Positions 37,865 to 50,949 of a stretch of 64,000 nucleotides of DNA are shown in pieces. The DNA is taken from assembly GCF_018350175.1 (NCBI RefSeq), contig NC_058368.1, positions 7,502,001 through 7,566,000 of the forward strand, read 5' to 3'. Origin of the DNA: Felis catus. Lineage: Eukaryota. Position 1 is the first letter of the stretch. Each line of letters opens with the position of its first letter. The position numbers and the translations under genes are program-made. The notes under the pieces are model-generated. The model was given only the letters and a program-made list of their open reading frames with translations, was not told the DNA's origin and searched no databases.

Positions 37865-38917
37865 ACTTGCCAAATAATTCTAATCTGATTCATCATGGTG
37901 TTGGTAGCAGTTGATTGCTTTTTCTCATTCAAGTTGTGATTTTCCTGTGCCCGGTATGATAGGTGATTTTTTTACTTATTCCTGACATTTAGTTCTTATT
38001 GTAGAAAGTCTCTGGGTCCTATTTAAGTTTTGTTTTAGCAAGTAGCTAGCCTGCTTAGATTTAGCACACAGATTCTTTCCTAATTTTGTGGGATCTGGTT
38101 CTAAATAACAAATTAACTTTTAGAGCCCCTGCAGTGTTATTTTGCTCTGTTTGGTTTGTCTGGTACGTGGGGCTTCTATCTGTCCCCGCATGTGCTGCAT
38201 TCTGGTAAGAAGGAACTCCATCAGGCCAGGCCACCCGCCATCTCTAAGTGGGGGACAGGCCCACGGCTCCCCAAGCTGCATATCTGTTGTGGTGTGATCC
38301 CACTGGCCAGTGCCACCCTGCTTCCTGGTGTTTCTCAGTTGGGGCGGCAGCTTTCTGGCCTGGCAGGGAAGGAGAGCATGTTACTCGGGCACTTATTTTC
38401 AGTGAGTTTCCCAACTCATCCCACTGGCTGATGCTATGGGGCTCACCTGGTCAGCAGGTCTCCTATTTCATCCAGAAGAGGAATGCGCCCACCTCAGTTG
38501 CCTTCTGTTGCTAGGTTGGTGGTCAGGAAATACCAGGCCTGGCTCACATTTTTCTCTTGGTTGAGTGGCTTTAAAGTGCCCTACCATTGTGTTGTGCCTT
38601 CGGTTCTGGGGCCCCAACCAGCATACCTTCTTCTTTCCACCTTTTAGAGCTGTCCTTTGGTATCTCTCATGTTGTTTCCAGAGTTTGCCATTATACTTAG
38701 AGGGAGGAGCACAGAGAAATGACTCTACACTATGTAGGCTAAGCTGTAAGTCCGATTTTTTAGTGCCTCTTACGGACTAAACCCAACCGTCAGGGAGAGC
38801 ACAAAGGAGCCTGTTCGTGCAATACCTAAAGGCAGCCTCCCAGAGCACAGAGCAGAACGGAGAAGGATGAAAAATGGACTGGGAGAGGCAAACAGAGAAT
38901 ATCCAGCACGACCGCCA

Positions 38918-38919
<2 letters not shown>

Positions 38920-38958
<39 letters not shown>
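38920..38958. repeat. (GT)n microsatellite
   Basis: Pure TG run, ~19 units. Confidence 0.95.
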
Positions 38959-38961
<3 letters not shown>

Positions 38962-40344
38962 GGAAAAAGTCAAAACACTTTAAAATATACAGAGACTTAC
39001 AGTATTTCCTTACCCCCTGCCATCATTAAAGAATATCATCTGAAGAAGAAAAGTAACCTCAGAGGGAGGGACGGATATGCAAGAAAGTGAGACTGGAATT
39101 GAAAAAAATATGTTGGTATAGTCAATGAAACACGTACCAACAGCCAGGAGACCTAATTCTGGGATTTTAAAAAGAGGATACTAAACCCTTTGATAACAAT
39201 AACAAAGAACCCAATGGGTGGTTCAATGAGTAGTCAAAGTGCAATGTTGTCCCTGTCTTGTTCTGAGGAAGAGGACAGGCTTAGAGAACCAGACCGCTGG
39301 AAAATTCATAATGGCTGTGAAAAAAAATTTTTAACAGAACTACTACAAAAGCAGCCATTTAACCTCTAGTTTCTAGTCACATAGGTGAGGGAAATGGAAC
39401 ATACAGCCATTTTTATCCATTTTAAAGTAGGCTGGGAACAAAGAGAAGAGATAAAGCAAACAAACAAACAAAAAAGATGGTAAAAGCGAAACATCTATTT
39501 CTCATCTTAGAGACTATCTTAGAGCACACAGAGCATGCAGAAGCCTTGAATAAATGGCGGGGTGCAACAAAATGCAAATGTTTCAGTGACCTGAAGACAT
39601 ATCACGGGATCGCCTGCTTGGTGCTCCAGGGCTTTAAAAAGAGCCAGGCAGCTTTGCTTTCTCTCATGAAAATTGATAATTAACCAGCTCTGTGGAGGAT
39701 ATTGATGGGGGTTGGGGGGAGGGGGAGGGGGGATCAATCGCCGGAGAAACTGTTTCCTGCTTTTCTTTCCTCTTTCCCCAGCCTATGCCTCACCCACCTC
39801 AAACTCTGGACCTTCAAACCTCAACCCACTCCTTGACTTGTGTTTCCTTCCTTTCAGGCCTCTCAGCCTAGCATTTATTCTATTCCAGAAAAAAAAAAAA
39901 ATGGGTGGGGAAAGTAGCAGTCAGTAAGTACAACTCTATTTTTATGAAAAATAAAATCAATAGCAGGGGCTAATTCGCCGTTGAGCTCCCGGTCCTTGGC
40001 ACGACAGTGACCGGACACAGAGAAGTTATGGATAGGAGAAAGAAGGGAGAGTGGGAAGGTGGAAGAGAGGAAGGTGGGGGGCGATCAAACATTTAGTTTG
40101 CACCTGCTACGTGGTAAGCACTGAGGAAGGAGGATTGCAAAGACATGGGTTTACATTTACGGGGTCCGTATCGGATGGAGCTGAAGGGCCTCAGCTCCAT
40201 TCAGAGGAATCTAAGATCTCTTGGACAAGACAAAAGCACGGAGTCCTCACAAGGATGATCTTTCTGCCCCTTGCTACCCACCCCCCTTCCCCAGCCCCAC
40301 CTCACCAGAGTGAAGTGCTATAGGCTGACGGCTGCCCCATCCTG

Positions 40345-40709
40345 TGTCTTAGCGATTTGGGCTTCTCTAACAGAATGCCACAGACTGGAGGGGCGGTTAT
40401 AAACAGTGGAAATCTATTTTTCACAGTTTGGGAGGCTGGGAAGTCCAAGATCTAGGCACCAGGGGCCTCGGCGTCTGGTGAGAGCCCACTTCCTGGTTCG
40501 TAGATGGCCATCCTCTCGCCGTGTCCTCACGTGGCAGAAGGGAAGCTTGAGCCCTCTGGAGTCTCTTTTATAAGGACACTAATCCCACTCATGAGGGCTC
40601 TACCCTCTTGACCTAAGCACCTCCCAAGGCTCCACCTCCAAATACGCTCACTTGGGGGTTAGGATTTCAACACGGGACGTCTGGGAGGACAGACATTCAG
40701 TCTATAGCA
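40345..40709 (-). mobile_element. MLT1A-like MaLR solo LTR
   Basis: TGTCTTAG...GGAGGCTGGGAAGTCCAAGATC...CCTCACGTGGCAGAAGG...TTTTATAAGGACACTAATCCCACTCATGAGGG...CATTCAGTCTATAGCA. Confidence 0.88.
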
Positions 40710-41759
40710 ACCTGTGCCGGTCCTCTCTCTTCACACTAAGGCAGGGAAAATCAGGTTCGCGGTGTGGTTAAAGTCACGTGACCAAACAATCTGTGTTGGC
40801 AGAATTCTATGATTGCTCCTTCCTCCTCGTCCCTGCAGGGTGTGGGACAGTTATATGTGGAACTTGCTTGGGTATGTCCTGTGCGATCCCTGCCAAATCT
40901 AAGGAATCATATCGGACTCATGTGTAGGTCATTCTAGAACCCGATGCTCAAAGTGCAAGCAGACTTGCACGTGTTTTTAGGACATGAGCGGACGGTGGGG
41001 TCCTAAGCCAAGGAACACTCATTAAGAACAGAGACCAAATTGCATCAAAGGACCTTAGAAAACTTGGCAATTTCAAAAACTGCAACATAAGCTTCAGGAA
41101 AAAGAAGTTTTAAATCTACTTTTTAATGTTAAATATCTGACATGTACATTCAGAACACCAAAAGGCAATTTCTTGAGGCCGCTCTATATCCTTTGGAAAC
41201 GCATTAACATTTTCTGGATATCGCATTTTAGCCCTTCCAAGTCTAAAAACAAAAGTTCTTTGAGTGTCTCCTCCAGCTATGAGAAAACACATCAGGATGC
41301 TCACAGGCACCCTTGGAGGGCACCCACACCTCACAGTAGGGAGGCCCCTGTCGCTATAAAATTAGTGCTGGACTTTAACTCCCGAGCAGCCCGTTTACAC
41401 GGCGATCATAGGAGCTTCTTCAACCACTTTGAAGTGAGCCAGAATGTTCCAGGCTACAGAGGTTCAAAAATATCTCACCTGTGGTCTGAATATCTCACCT
41501 CGCCACCAGGTGTGCTTACCTCCACCTCAGGAGGTATTTTTCCTCATCTTTGGGGCTAAGAGTAAGGCAGGGAAGAGTGATGAGTCATCTGACTTGGGGG
41601 TGGGGGGGGGAAGTGTACTCAAAAGCGAACAAAAAACAAGAAGAGAGTATGGAAATTCTATCAGTGTGCCTCCACAAACGATTTCCCCTTTAATCCTCAC
41701 GACCACGCCATGAGTTAGCACAACTATCATATTTCATGGTAAGAAAAATGAAGTTTGTC

Positions 41760-41980
41760 TCTCTGGATTTCCTAGGGCTGGCATGACAAACTGCCACAGA
41801 CCGGGCGGCTTAAAACAACAGAAATTCATGTTCTCACCGTTCAGGAGCGTCAGCGAGAGGTCAGCAGGGTTGGTTCCTTCCGGAGGCTCTGAGCGAGAAA
41901 CCGTCCTATGATTCTCCTAACTTCTGACAGTTGCAGGCCTTCCTTGGTGTTCTTTGGGTTGTGGACACATCACTGTCTGA
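41760..41980 (-). mobile_element. MLT1B/C-like LTR fragment
   Basis: TTTCCTAGGGCTG...GGCTTAAAACAACAGAAATT...GCAGGGTTGGTTCCTTC. Confidence 0.7.
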
Positions 41981-43584
41981 ATGAACCTGTTGTACTCAGC
42001 CAGCTTTACCTACGGGCGGAGACACAGCTTCAGCCTGTCTTCTTTTTAGCAAGTCGTCCACCTTCACAACACCTCCACGGGCAGGAGCTGGAGCTGATTC
42101 CTCCAGATCACCGGACTGATCACCAGAATCTTGCGTTTCAAATAATTTCTTCAGGTGTGGGGAGAGTCTTTCGCCAAACACACTGCCGATGGCCGACGCT
42201 CCAGATGCCAGGGTTGCCAACTCCTGCTAGGTTACATGCCCAAGATGGTCCACAAGCCTCCACCTTTAAATCACTGCCACTTGAGATCACAGCCACCCAG
42301 TAGGAGGGACAAGTCCGAAATGCAGCTCTCCTGGCTCTAAGGGCAATGTGCCATTTCAGTTTTTCAGTTTTTGCAGGTTTTTCAAATTCAATTCCGGCGG
42401 CATACGATGCATGTTGGTCTTCTATGGACCCATCTTAACCACCCAACCTGGGATTGTAGGGAACAATCAAGGAAGAAATCTTCCTGTTCACCATCCAGGC
42501 CTTAAGGACACATCCTAAGGCTCAGAGAATGCCAAGGGCACTCACCATCTGGACAAAGTCCTGCGCAAAGGATGAGAACGACGGCTGATCGTGTCCTTCT
42601 CAGGTGAGAGGACAATGGGAAAAGAGAGAAAAACCCTCCTGTGGACATCAATAACCCAGCAGTGGGCACAACCTGAGAAATCCGACAAGAGAGTAGGAAG
42701 AAATAGCGGCTCTTCCTATGCATTTCTCTCAATAGTAATTACATGGACCACGGGTGCCTATTCTTGGGTTTGAGTTTGACGCTAGCAATATTTTCTGCTC
42801 CGTTTCAACATCCTTTCTAAGCTACGTGCCGCTTTGTTGGCCTTCGAGTGATAAACATAGGTTTGCCAGGGTCAAGCATGGAAGAGCGCTAATCCAGGCA
42901 GTGGCTGGGGAGGCAGGACGCATGAGAAAATGCTGAGAACTGTCATTTAATTGCAATATCTGGTGCGTGCGGGAGAGAAAAGCAGCTTGAAGAAAGGGTT
43001 GGTGCCAAACTGAAGGGCTCCCTGGGCTTTGCCAAGGAGCGTGACTTTACGTGCAACGCAGAAACCTATGTGTAGACTGAGAAAATTACAAAATTCATAC
43101 CACGTGGAAAAAACGCGGGTGGTAAAGTACACGTGCTGGGGTGGGAAGAGGCAGGCAACAGGGACCATCGATGGACACCTGTCACCAGAGCCTGGGTGAG
43201 CACCAATCTACACCAAGGCAGTGGCCAACGGCATTAGGGAAAGGCCAATTCAAGAGCTATTTAAGAGGAAACCGGGACAGAAATTGGGAACCTCGTGGAT
43301 GCAGGTATAAAACAGAAGTCAATGACGTTAGACAAAGTGCCCGTGGCACTTGCACTAAAATTAGGTAAGTGCACTACTCTACCCAGAAATCTTAAAGGAC
43401 TTTCCTGGATCATGCTTGACAATCTGGAACCCTCCGTCTTGCCACACTTCTCCAAACTGAAGCACATGTACTATTTTGCTATCAAATCACAGTCCCAAGA
43501 ACTTTCCTTTACTGACTTGACCGACTCCCCTTTCTCTTTTTGGTCCCCTACGTGGGACTGTCCTCAAGAACTGATCCATGGCTT

Positions 43585-43793
43585 GGGGCGCCTGGGTGGC
43601 GCAGTCGGTTAAGCGTCCGACTTCAGCCAGGTCACGATCTCGCGGTCCGGGAGTTCCAGCCCCGCGTCGGGCTCTGTGCTGACAGCTCAAGAGCCTGGAG
43701 CCTGTTTCCGATTCTGTGTCTCCCTCTCTCTCTGCCCTTCCCCTGTTCATGCTCTGTCTCTCTCTGTCCCAAAAATAAATAAACGTTGAAAAA
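43585..43793 (+). mobile_element. CAN-SINE (young)
   Basis: 18-bp TSD AAGAACTGATCCATGGCT (43566-43583, 43794-43811). Confidence 0.95.
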
Positions 43794-44074
43794 AAGAACT
43801 GATCCATGGCTCTCTTTACATTCAATCTTTCAATAAGCCAATCAACAAGTTGGACCCACTTGGCCAGCCCTGTTCTTTTACTCAGACCTTCGCCTCCAAA
43901 TGCCTGAAAGCCCCTTGAATTTCCATTGCCCGCCTTTATCCTAAATTCAGCACATTCAAATAGGACTAATTATTACCTTTCCCTGAAAACCGCCCCCCCC
44001 CCCCATCAACTCGTTTCTGTCCAGAATAAAGCCGTGTTTTTCAGTCCCCAAGGCTGGCAGCTTCGAAGCCACAT

Positions 44075-44300
44075 TAGTAACAAAAGAGCATGGGTTTTAG
44101 AGTCAGACGGATGCTGGGCGAATACATATGACATGACCAGCTGCTCATCATATGACTTTGAGCCATTTAGTTAATCTGTCTGAACCTCTGCTTCTCCAAT
44201 AGTAAAACGAGTAATACTTAACTCAGAGGACTGTCATAAGGGCAGTCCCACGGGCAAAGGGCCCAGCCAGGTCCTGGCAGAGTCAGCGTTCAGCAAACAC
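44075..44300 (+). mobile_element. MIR fragment
   Basis: AAGAGCATGGGTTTTAGAGTCAGAC...GACTTTGAGC...TCTGAACCTCTGCTTC. Confidence 0.6.
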
Positions 44301-45029
44301 TGATTCCGATCTCCTACACCTTTTCCTTTACTTCCCATTCGACAGATCACCAACTGCTGCTGTTACATTCTCTTTCTCACCTTCTGCATTTTCCCCCCTT
44401 TTCTCCATTTCCATCGGGACTCTAACCTGCGCGTTCTCAAACCTCAACTTCTCTGTAACAGCTTCTGAACTGGTCTAACGACCTTAGTCATATTCCGGAT
44501 TTGCCCATGCTGCATGTTGTCAGATTCGCATTCCTAAAATATCGCTTGCACCCTGTTGGACAAGTGTGGAACATAAAGCTGGGGACTTGAGCATATCTAA
44601 GGCACGTGTGTAGGTGCATGCTTCCTCACCGCCTTGTCTTCTTCCAACTTATGTCAAACAAGTCTTCGGCTACCTCCCACTTCCTTAGTGTCTTCCTACA
44701 GAGATGAGCCCAGCGATGAGCCATCAATGAGCCCTCGGTCAAGGCCATCAGCCCAGCGACAGACAAGTCTGTTCCCAGGATATTGTTCGATTTACAGCAA
44801 TTTCTTTTCTGGAAGAAGCCAAGTTCATGAATTCACAGAATTCCAGAAAACAGCAGCAGCAGCAGGAAGAAAAAAGGCAGCTGAAACCCACGACAGAAAG
44901 CGACACCTTCTTGACAGTAACTACAACGACAAAACTTCATCACTCAGGCGAAGAAGAACGTGCAGGAAAATTACGAAACCCTGAGAGGTACTTCCCAGCT
45001 GCTTCCCAGCAGCTAGGAAGACAGAGCAA

Positions 45030-45227
45030 TGCGGAGCTGTCACTCACTGGGCAGAGTGTTTCAGTTCTGCGAAATGAAAAGTTTTGGAGACCGGGTTACA
45101 CGATAATGTGAATGTACTTAACACTATGAAACTGTACGCTTAGAAATGTGTAAATGGTAAGTCCTATGTTATGTGTCTTTTTAATGTAATTAAATTTTCT
45201 TGAACGTTTCTTTAAAAAAAAAAAAAA
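45030..45227 (+). mobile_element. L1 3' terminal fragment (L1MB-like)
   Basis: GTTTCAGTT...GAAAAGTTTTGGAGA...AATGTGAATGTACTTAACACTATGAAACTGTAC...polyA. Confidence 0.75.
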
Positions 45228-45384
45228 ATGAGAAAAATCCTAAAAGAGCTGAAGGTGTGTGCCTTAGCTAGGGGATTAGTAAAACAGGAAGGAAGCATCC
45301 CGAGATTGGGGGATGTGCCCTTGCTATGGTGTTCCCCATCACAACCTACGTTTGCCACAGAGATCTCACCAGGGCATTTAAATT

Positions 45385-45546
45385 TCCTCTCTCACTGTCT
45401 GACTTCCCTACTAGACTAGAGGCAGAGACTCTCTCTCTATTATGGTATCCCCTATACCTAACACAGGGTGCAACACAAAGTAGGCATTCCATAAATATTT
45501 GTTAAATAAGAATGAATGATTGAATGAATGAACGAATGAATGAACG
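45385..45546 (+). mobile_element. L2 3' end with (GAAT)n tail
   Basis: CTAGACT...GGCAGAGAC...TAGGCATTCCATAAATATTTGTT...GAATGAATGA. Confidence 0.75.
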
Positions 45547-45559
45547 AAGTGCTATGTAC

Positions 45560-45785
45560 TCTACACGTGTGTTCTTTTCAGAGTGTTTCCCACATATTTT
45601 TAACTCATGGGTACAACTCTCTGTGGTAGGTATTATCACTATTCCCATTTCACAGAAGAGGAAACTAAGGCACAGCGGGGTTAAGGGGCTTACCCAAGGT
45701 CACACAACTAATAAGCAGGGATGCTGGGATTCAAACCAAGAGAGTCCTGCTCCCAGAGCCACCACTCACCAAGCTGCCATCAGTA
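45560..45785 (-). mobile_element. MIR
   Basis: CCCATTTCACAGAAGAGGAAACTAAGGCACAG...CCCAAGGTCACACA...GGGATTCAAACC. Confidence 0.85.
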
Positions 45786-46019
45786 GATGGGAAATGTGAA
45801 ACACTGGTCAACTCAAAGTCCAAAGTCAAACTGCTGGTAAGTGATGAAGCCAGACCATACCCTATCTGCTTTCAGGAAATAACTGAAAATGGACCACAAG
45901 GGAAAGCCAGATTGTCTCTACGTGAGTAATGTGTTCACAAGCTTCAAATGAGAGGTAGAAAAGCCACATTTTCAGGGCACCTGGAGTTCTGTGCCGCGTG
46001 TGTGTTTGCTTATGCACTT

Positions 46020-46145
46020 GCTTCCTTTCCGCCAATAGAAATCGAAGGCCTCACGAGTAGGGATCATGTCTTATTTTCTTATAACCCCCAAACCTGCCGT
46101 AGCGCCTGGCACAGAGTAGATATTTAAATAAGAGTTTGTTGAAAG
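46020..46145 (+). mobile_element. L2 3' fragment
   Basis: GCGCCTGGCACAGAGTAGATATTTAAATA...TTTGTTGAA. Confidence 0.6.
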
Positions 46146-47783
46146 GAGAAAGAGAAGAACAATCTTATGCCAAGCTACCGTTTATGGCAACAGATCAATG
46201 TCATAGTCCAAAGCATCTGTAAGTCTGTCAATTTCTAATAATCTTAGAAGTATAATTTCACCTGTTCCAAACTCACCATTCGACTACATTATGTTTTATT
46301 ATCCTGTGGAGCAAGTGAGTATAATTAGATAGTTGAGCAACAATTATCCAGTGTGTAAGTCCTCTGCATATAGCATGAACACCCAACCAAATAAACAATG
46401 AGCGTCGTGAATATTGACCAGCAACTTTGGTAAAGTTCCAGAACCCTCAACCCCAAATCCAGAAGTAGAGGTGAAAATCTCATGTGGGGCGTAGATTGGC
46501 TCCAACTGGCTTGCGTTTGAAGGTGGACATGAATGGGCTAAGGAGGCAGGGGGCTATGAATTTCCCGAAATCTCATGCAGAATTCTGTGTTCTTACACAC
46601 TCGTGCGTTTTTCTAGGGAAATGACTCCTGGCATTCATTACAATCCAAAAGAGCTCCTTGACTAAAACAGCAAAGTCAGAACTATGGCTTTAGTATCTTT
46701 GCTTACCTATTACAGTACAATATTCTCATTCCAGGCACCAAGCTGACAAAAAATTATAATGACTCCATAACATAAACTAAACTCACTTTGGGGTTCCTTG
46801 TGGATGGAAAGCGTAACAGAAAGGAGTTGAAATGTTTGAAATATCTAGGAATTTGACAGATAAGAGAGTTCTGTGCAAAATTTGGTACTAAGCTGCTAAT
46901 TAATTCTATTGCCCTTATTAGTGATTTTTAGAAGGTGAACAAAATGTTTTGAAAAAAGGGAGCTTGAATTAGATGAGGCATGAGGAAAAGGCCAGGCCAC
47001 GTGCCTTATCTACTTCTTCTCAAGACCATTCCACTGTCCTTTACAAAACAAAACAAAACAAAACAAAACACCCTGTGGAAACACCACTTAACTCTGTTAA
47101 CTTATATTTTTCAGCTAAGATGTACATAAGGCGTCTCCAGTTCTTTTCTCCCCTCATATCAAGCAATGATCAGAACGAAAGTCTTAGAATATTATAAATA
47201 CTGGATGGAATACGATCGGTATTCTCTTCAAAAATGGCCCTGGGGCTTGCAGGCAAGAGGTTCATAAGGAAATGCGGCAGGAGAAACAGAGAACTTGACT
47301 CTTTCCCAATCAGTATTTTTCTTTACTGAATTTCCCTAGTTATTATATTTAAGTTTGGCTACTGCTCATATAAATACAAAAAGGTAAACAGTGTCACTCC
47401 ACTCTCTTGAGAAAGCTCCAAATCCTGTGTAATTACAGGCCAGGAGACAGATAACGCCAGGCTAGGGGTTAGAGACTGGTGTTTGCCTTTTTGTTATCGC
47501 CTGTCGAAATTTGCTGGGAAGGTAAGAAAACAGTGCTGTTTATCTGGATTCATAGCAATCTCTAACTCCAACTTCTAGAAACGTCAAGGTTTGACTGTGA
47601 CCATGTTGGCAGAGTCTAATAAATTGCTTTGTAAATGAAGCAGACAACACTGATTGATTATGTTTTACAATACAGCATTAGTGAAAAGAGAAAAGGTTTT
47701 CTTCCCCTAAACTAAACGTTAGGCCCCCATGTGCCTCTTCCACAAAAAAAAAAAAAAAAAAAAAAAATAGGTCAATTTACATA

Positions 47784-47890
47784 CAGGCTGTCCATAAAGT
47801 CTGGGATGCATAGATAATATTTTATCTTGTATACATGGAACACAAAATGTTATGTAGAGTCACCTGTGTTCAGACTTTAAGGACATCCTA
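47784..47890. mobile_element. Small Tc1/mariner-type MITE (possibly DNA1_Mam-related)
   Basis: TA flanks both ends; 20-bp terminal inverted repeats CAGGCTGTCCATAAAGTCTG vs revcomp TAGGATGTCCTTAAAGTCTG (17/20 match). Confidence 0.7.
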
Positions 47891-48619
47891 TAGAAGGTGT
47901 TAGAGGGATAAAGAAATGTGAAATGAGGAGGTCTGTCCTAAAACATCAGCATACAAGTGACAAGCTTGGATGTGAATGGAAGCAGTTAAAACAGAATAAC
48001 TGGATAATTTAAGCCCCTCGGCCTCTCCTTTTCCTTCAAGTATCTGAATGAACCGGGTCGGGATAATCTCGGTGATGTGTGAACTACCTAGTTAGTTGCT
48101 GTTATGAACACTCGCACTTTGGGGAGATGGTTCTCTTCAAACTAAGATATATTCCGTAATCCCTGAACTGAGTCATCACTATTTACATGCAGAGAAATCA
48201 ACACGGAACACCCAAATCAAACCAGGCCCAATCCCTGCTGTCACACAGACAGATCACTCAGGAGAGAGAACATTTCCTGACTCTGAAGACTCAGGTGTGG
48301 ATTATGAAAGCTCTCAGAAGACCACAGCATGGGCCAAGTGCTGATGTAGGCAAGTACTAACACAGGAATGAAAATCCAGTTGACCGGGTGATCCAGACAT
48401 TTAAACGAAAATTTACCATTTAATTTTCTAACTTTCCAATTAAATACATTCAGTATCCCAATAATTGTACCACGGTTGACATTTTACTAAATAAAAAGAA
48501 ACAGTGTGTATCAGATTTAACGACCCAAATTAAAACGACCCAAGGTTTAAATTATCATGTCTAAGTGATTCGAATTTGGCATGGTTCCTACCTGGGGCAC
48601 TCTCTACAGACACCTAATC

Positions 48620-49130
48620 CAGTTAGAAACGTTTTGTAAAAAATAATTTACCATCCAGAAAGTTTTCCTGTTTCCAAGATAAGAAAGCCTGTTCTGCCAT
48701 CCCAGCAGGCAAGGGTTGTTTAAGTTACTAGATAACAAAGTTGTTATTGATTCTATTATTTTTACTCTTCCTGATTCCCTGCAGTCCGAGGGGAGTTTGT
48801 CAGACCAAGAATGATTTTATAAAAAGGAGTCGTTATTTTTGTTGTAACTAGCCTCCTTGTGACAGATGGGATCCCGGTGTTTTTCTCACTGCCCTTTACT
48901 CAGGAGCTAGGAGGACAGAAAGCAAATAACCAAGAAACCAACACACTCATAGTAATCTGGATTTCTCAGCGCTGAGCCAGAGCACTTGGAAATCAAATAT
49001 TGGCCTCCTCCTCAATGCCCCTTTTAGCCTGTTGCTGTTAACCAGTTTAACATTCCCTTATCACATGCTCATGGGGGCAGAATTAAATGGAATTAGCCAC
49101 AAATTATATAAAATTCACTTACCTTTAAAG
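48620..49130. promoter_or_regulatory. Probable PDX1 distal enhancer Area IV
   Basis: Repeat-free block ~7 kb upstream of ATG with GATA (AGATAAG 48677, CTTATC 49057), ONECUT (TATTGATT 48745), NeuroD-type E-box CAGATG (48863), FOXA-like AGCAAATAA (48921), NKX-like CACTTG (48983). Confidence 0.65.
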
Positions 49131-49684
49131 GAAGCTATTTGGTCATGTTCAATGTAGAGAGAATATGGCATTAAGACACAAGTTATAAGGGTACTGCCTA
49201 GAGATGAATCAATTTGCCTTGGTTTTATTGCCTCCCTTTATTTGCCCTTATGTGTTAGCTACCGTGGCTGGAAGAGCCCAGCTCAACTTGGCCGAGCCCA
49301 CACTGGAGCCACATTAACATCCCAAGGAGAGTCCCGCTGTTTCCAAAGAGCTCAGTGGGAGAAGCACAATAATAAAATAAGACCATGCTGAACCTTTCTA
49401 AATCTTTAGTCATATAAGGCAAGAACGGATGTGTGAGAAAGAAAGGAAAATCTGAAAATGTCCAGGATTTGCATGTGGCTTGCCCACGCAGAGATGCAAA
49501 CAACATGCCTTCTGCATGAACTAAGGCATATTCACCATACGTTTCTTCTCTTGAAACCTCACAGCAACCTTATGACGTAGAGGTGTATTTTTATTTGAAC
49601 GGCCACGCTTGAAGAACGCTCGTCCTTTGAGACCGTCCATGAGTCTCCATACATCAAATAAATTACAGCTCAAGTGTTTGTTTC

Positions 49685-49875
49685 CTGTTGTTCTCAATTC
49701 ATAGTGTACTTAAGAATGACCTCGGGTGTGTTAAAAATGCAAATTCTCAAGTCCCACCACACCCCACACATATGGTTATTCAGCACCTCTGGGATTAGGC
49801 TGCTTGCGTTTTATAAGCGTCCCAGTGATTTTAATACACGTGGCTCATGAATCACACTTCCAGGAACACTCCGCT
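49685..49875. mobile_element. MER5-like hAT-Charlie fragment
   Basis: GTTCTCAA...AGAATGACCT...TTAAAAATGCAAATTCTC...TTTTATAAGC...GTGATT...CACACTT...GAACACT pattern. Confidence 0.6.
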
Positions 49876-50949
49876 ATGAATCTCTGTTATTTCATTGCAT
49901 AGTAGAAACCTGTACCTTTGTGGGATTTGCCTAAAGGTAAATGGGTTGCAATATGTGATTGGAGAAAATACGCAAAGTAAACGTATTCAAATACAGCTTC
50001 TCTCTGCACAACAACACCCTGATAAGGCATATCTACCGCAGGAAGAATTACTAATAGGAAAATTCAGTGAATTTGAGACCACGATTGGCTTTTACTCTCA
50101 TCACTGTAGGAGAGGGAACGCACGTGCCCTAGATAGAGCTGACCCCCCCCCCCCCCCCCCCGCTTTAAGCCCCACAGATTTCTAATTTTAACACTTTTGC
50201 ATGGGTCTCAGATTCGGGGGACATGCAGAGGAGTCACTTCGACAGGCGTGTTTCTGCATCCTTACGAAGAAGGCCAGGGTTGCACATGACTACCTTCCTC
50301 ATCTGGAGAAAGCAGGAAGAGAGGAGGATTCCAGGACTGCCCCGACCCACACACAAGAACTGCTCCCTTCCCTCCCAAGCCATCTGAGGTTTTCCTCTGA
50401 GTTTATGTTAACAGTTTCGTCTCCAACCTGGAAATGGAAGAACCATGGAAAATACGGGGGTGGAGCTCTGGCTGTAAGACACTGCTTCGATGCTGGATTC
50501 CACGTCTACTGGGATAGCTACCGCATATTTAGCTGTGATCCGTTCACCCCCTTCAAGTCTTCTGTTCAGGGCTTCCCTGGATGTAAAGAAGTCCCTGTTT
50601 CTCTCTCTGCGGCCTGTTGGGGGCTGGCAGAAGCAAGTGCCATCCAGTGCCCCCCACCTCCCCTACTTACAGCAGGGCCCCACTTTGGAGTATGTTCCCT
50701 AAAACGCAATGTTTCTGAATACACCTTTTCTAGGTCTACCAGGTCCTTAAACATGGACTTGTGGTAACAGCTCTGCGATTCTTCTGGATGCAATAATGAC
50801 CAATAGTTGAACGCCTGTAGACGCACTAAAAGCAATGCTAGACGAGAAAGGAAGAGAAGACCATTTGTTCAGTGCCCGTGAAGAGCCAGGAACATTAGAC
50901 ATTTTGCCTCACTGAATTCTCACAGAGATAATTTTAAAAATTTCTTGTT

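Larger units (their letters stand above)
32600..38780 (-). mobile_element. Fragmented old L1 (L1MB/L1MC-like; 3' UTR, ORF2, 5' parts) with multiple nested insertions
   Basis: ATAAATGGAATCATACAGTATGTAAC...TTTCCCTAATGGCTAAT...GGGTCTATTTCTGGATTCTCTATTCTGTTCCATTGAT...TGCTATAAATTT motifs. Confidence 0.72.

Noticed and set aside
44827..45111. 94-aa ORF with a short poly-Gln run
   Set aside because: Short CAG run, no recognisable homology, and the 3' part lies in an L1 fragment
50201..50767. 188-aa ATG-initiated ORF in unique sequence between Areas IV and I
   Set aside because: No recognisable domain, weak Kozak context, and roughly one stop-free stretch of this length is expected by chance in six frames of 64 kb
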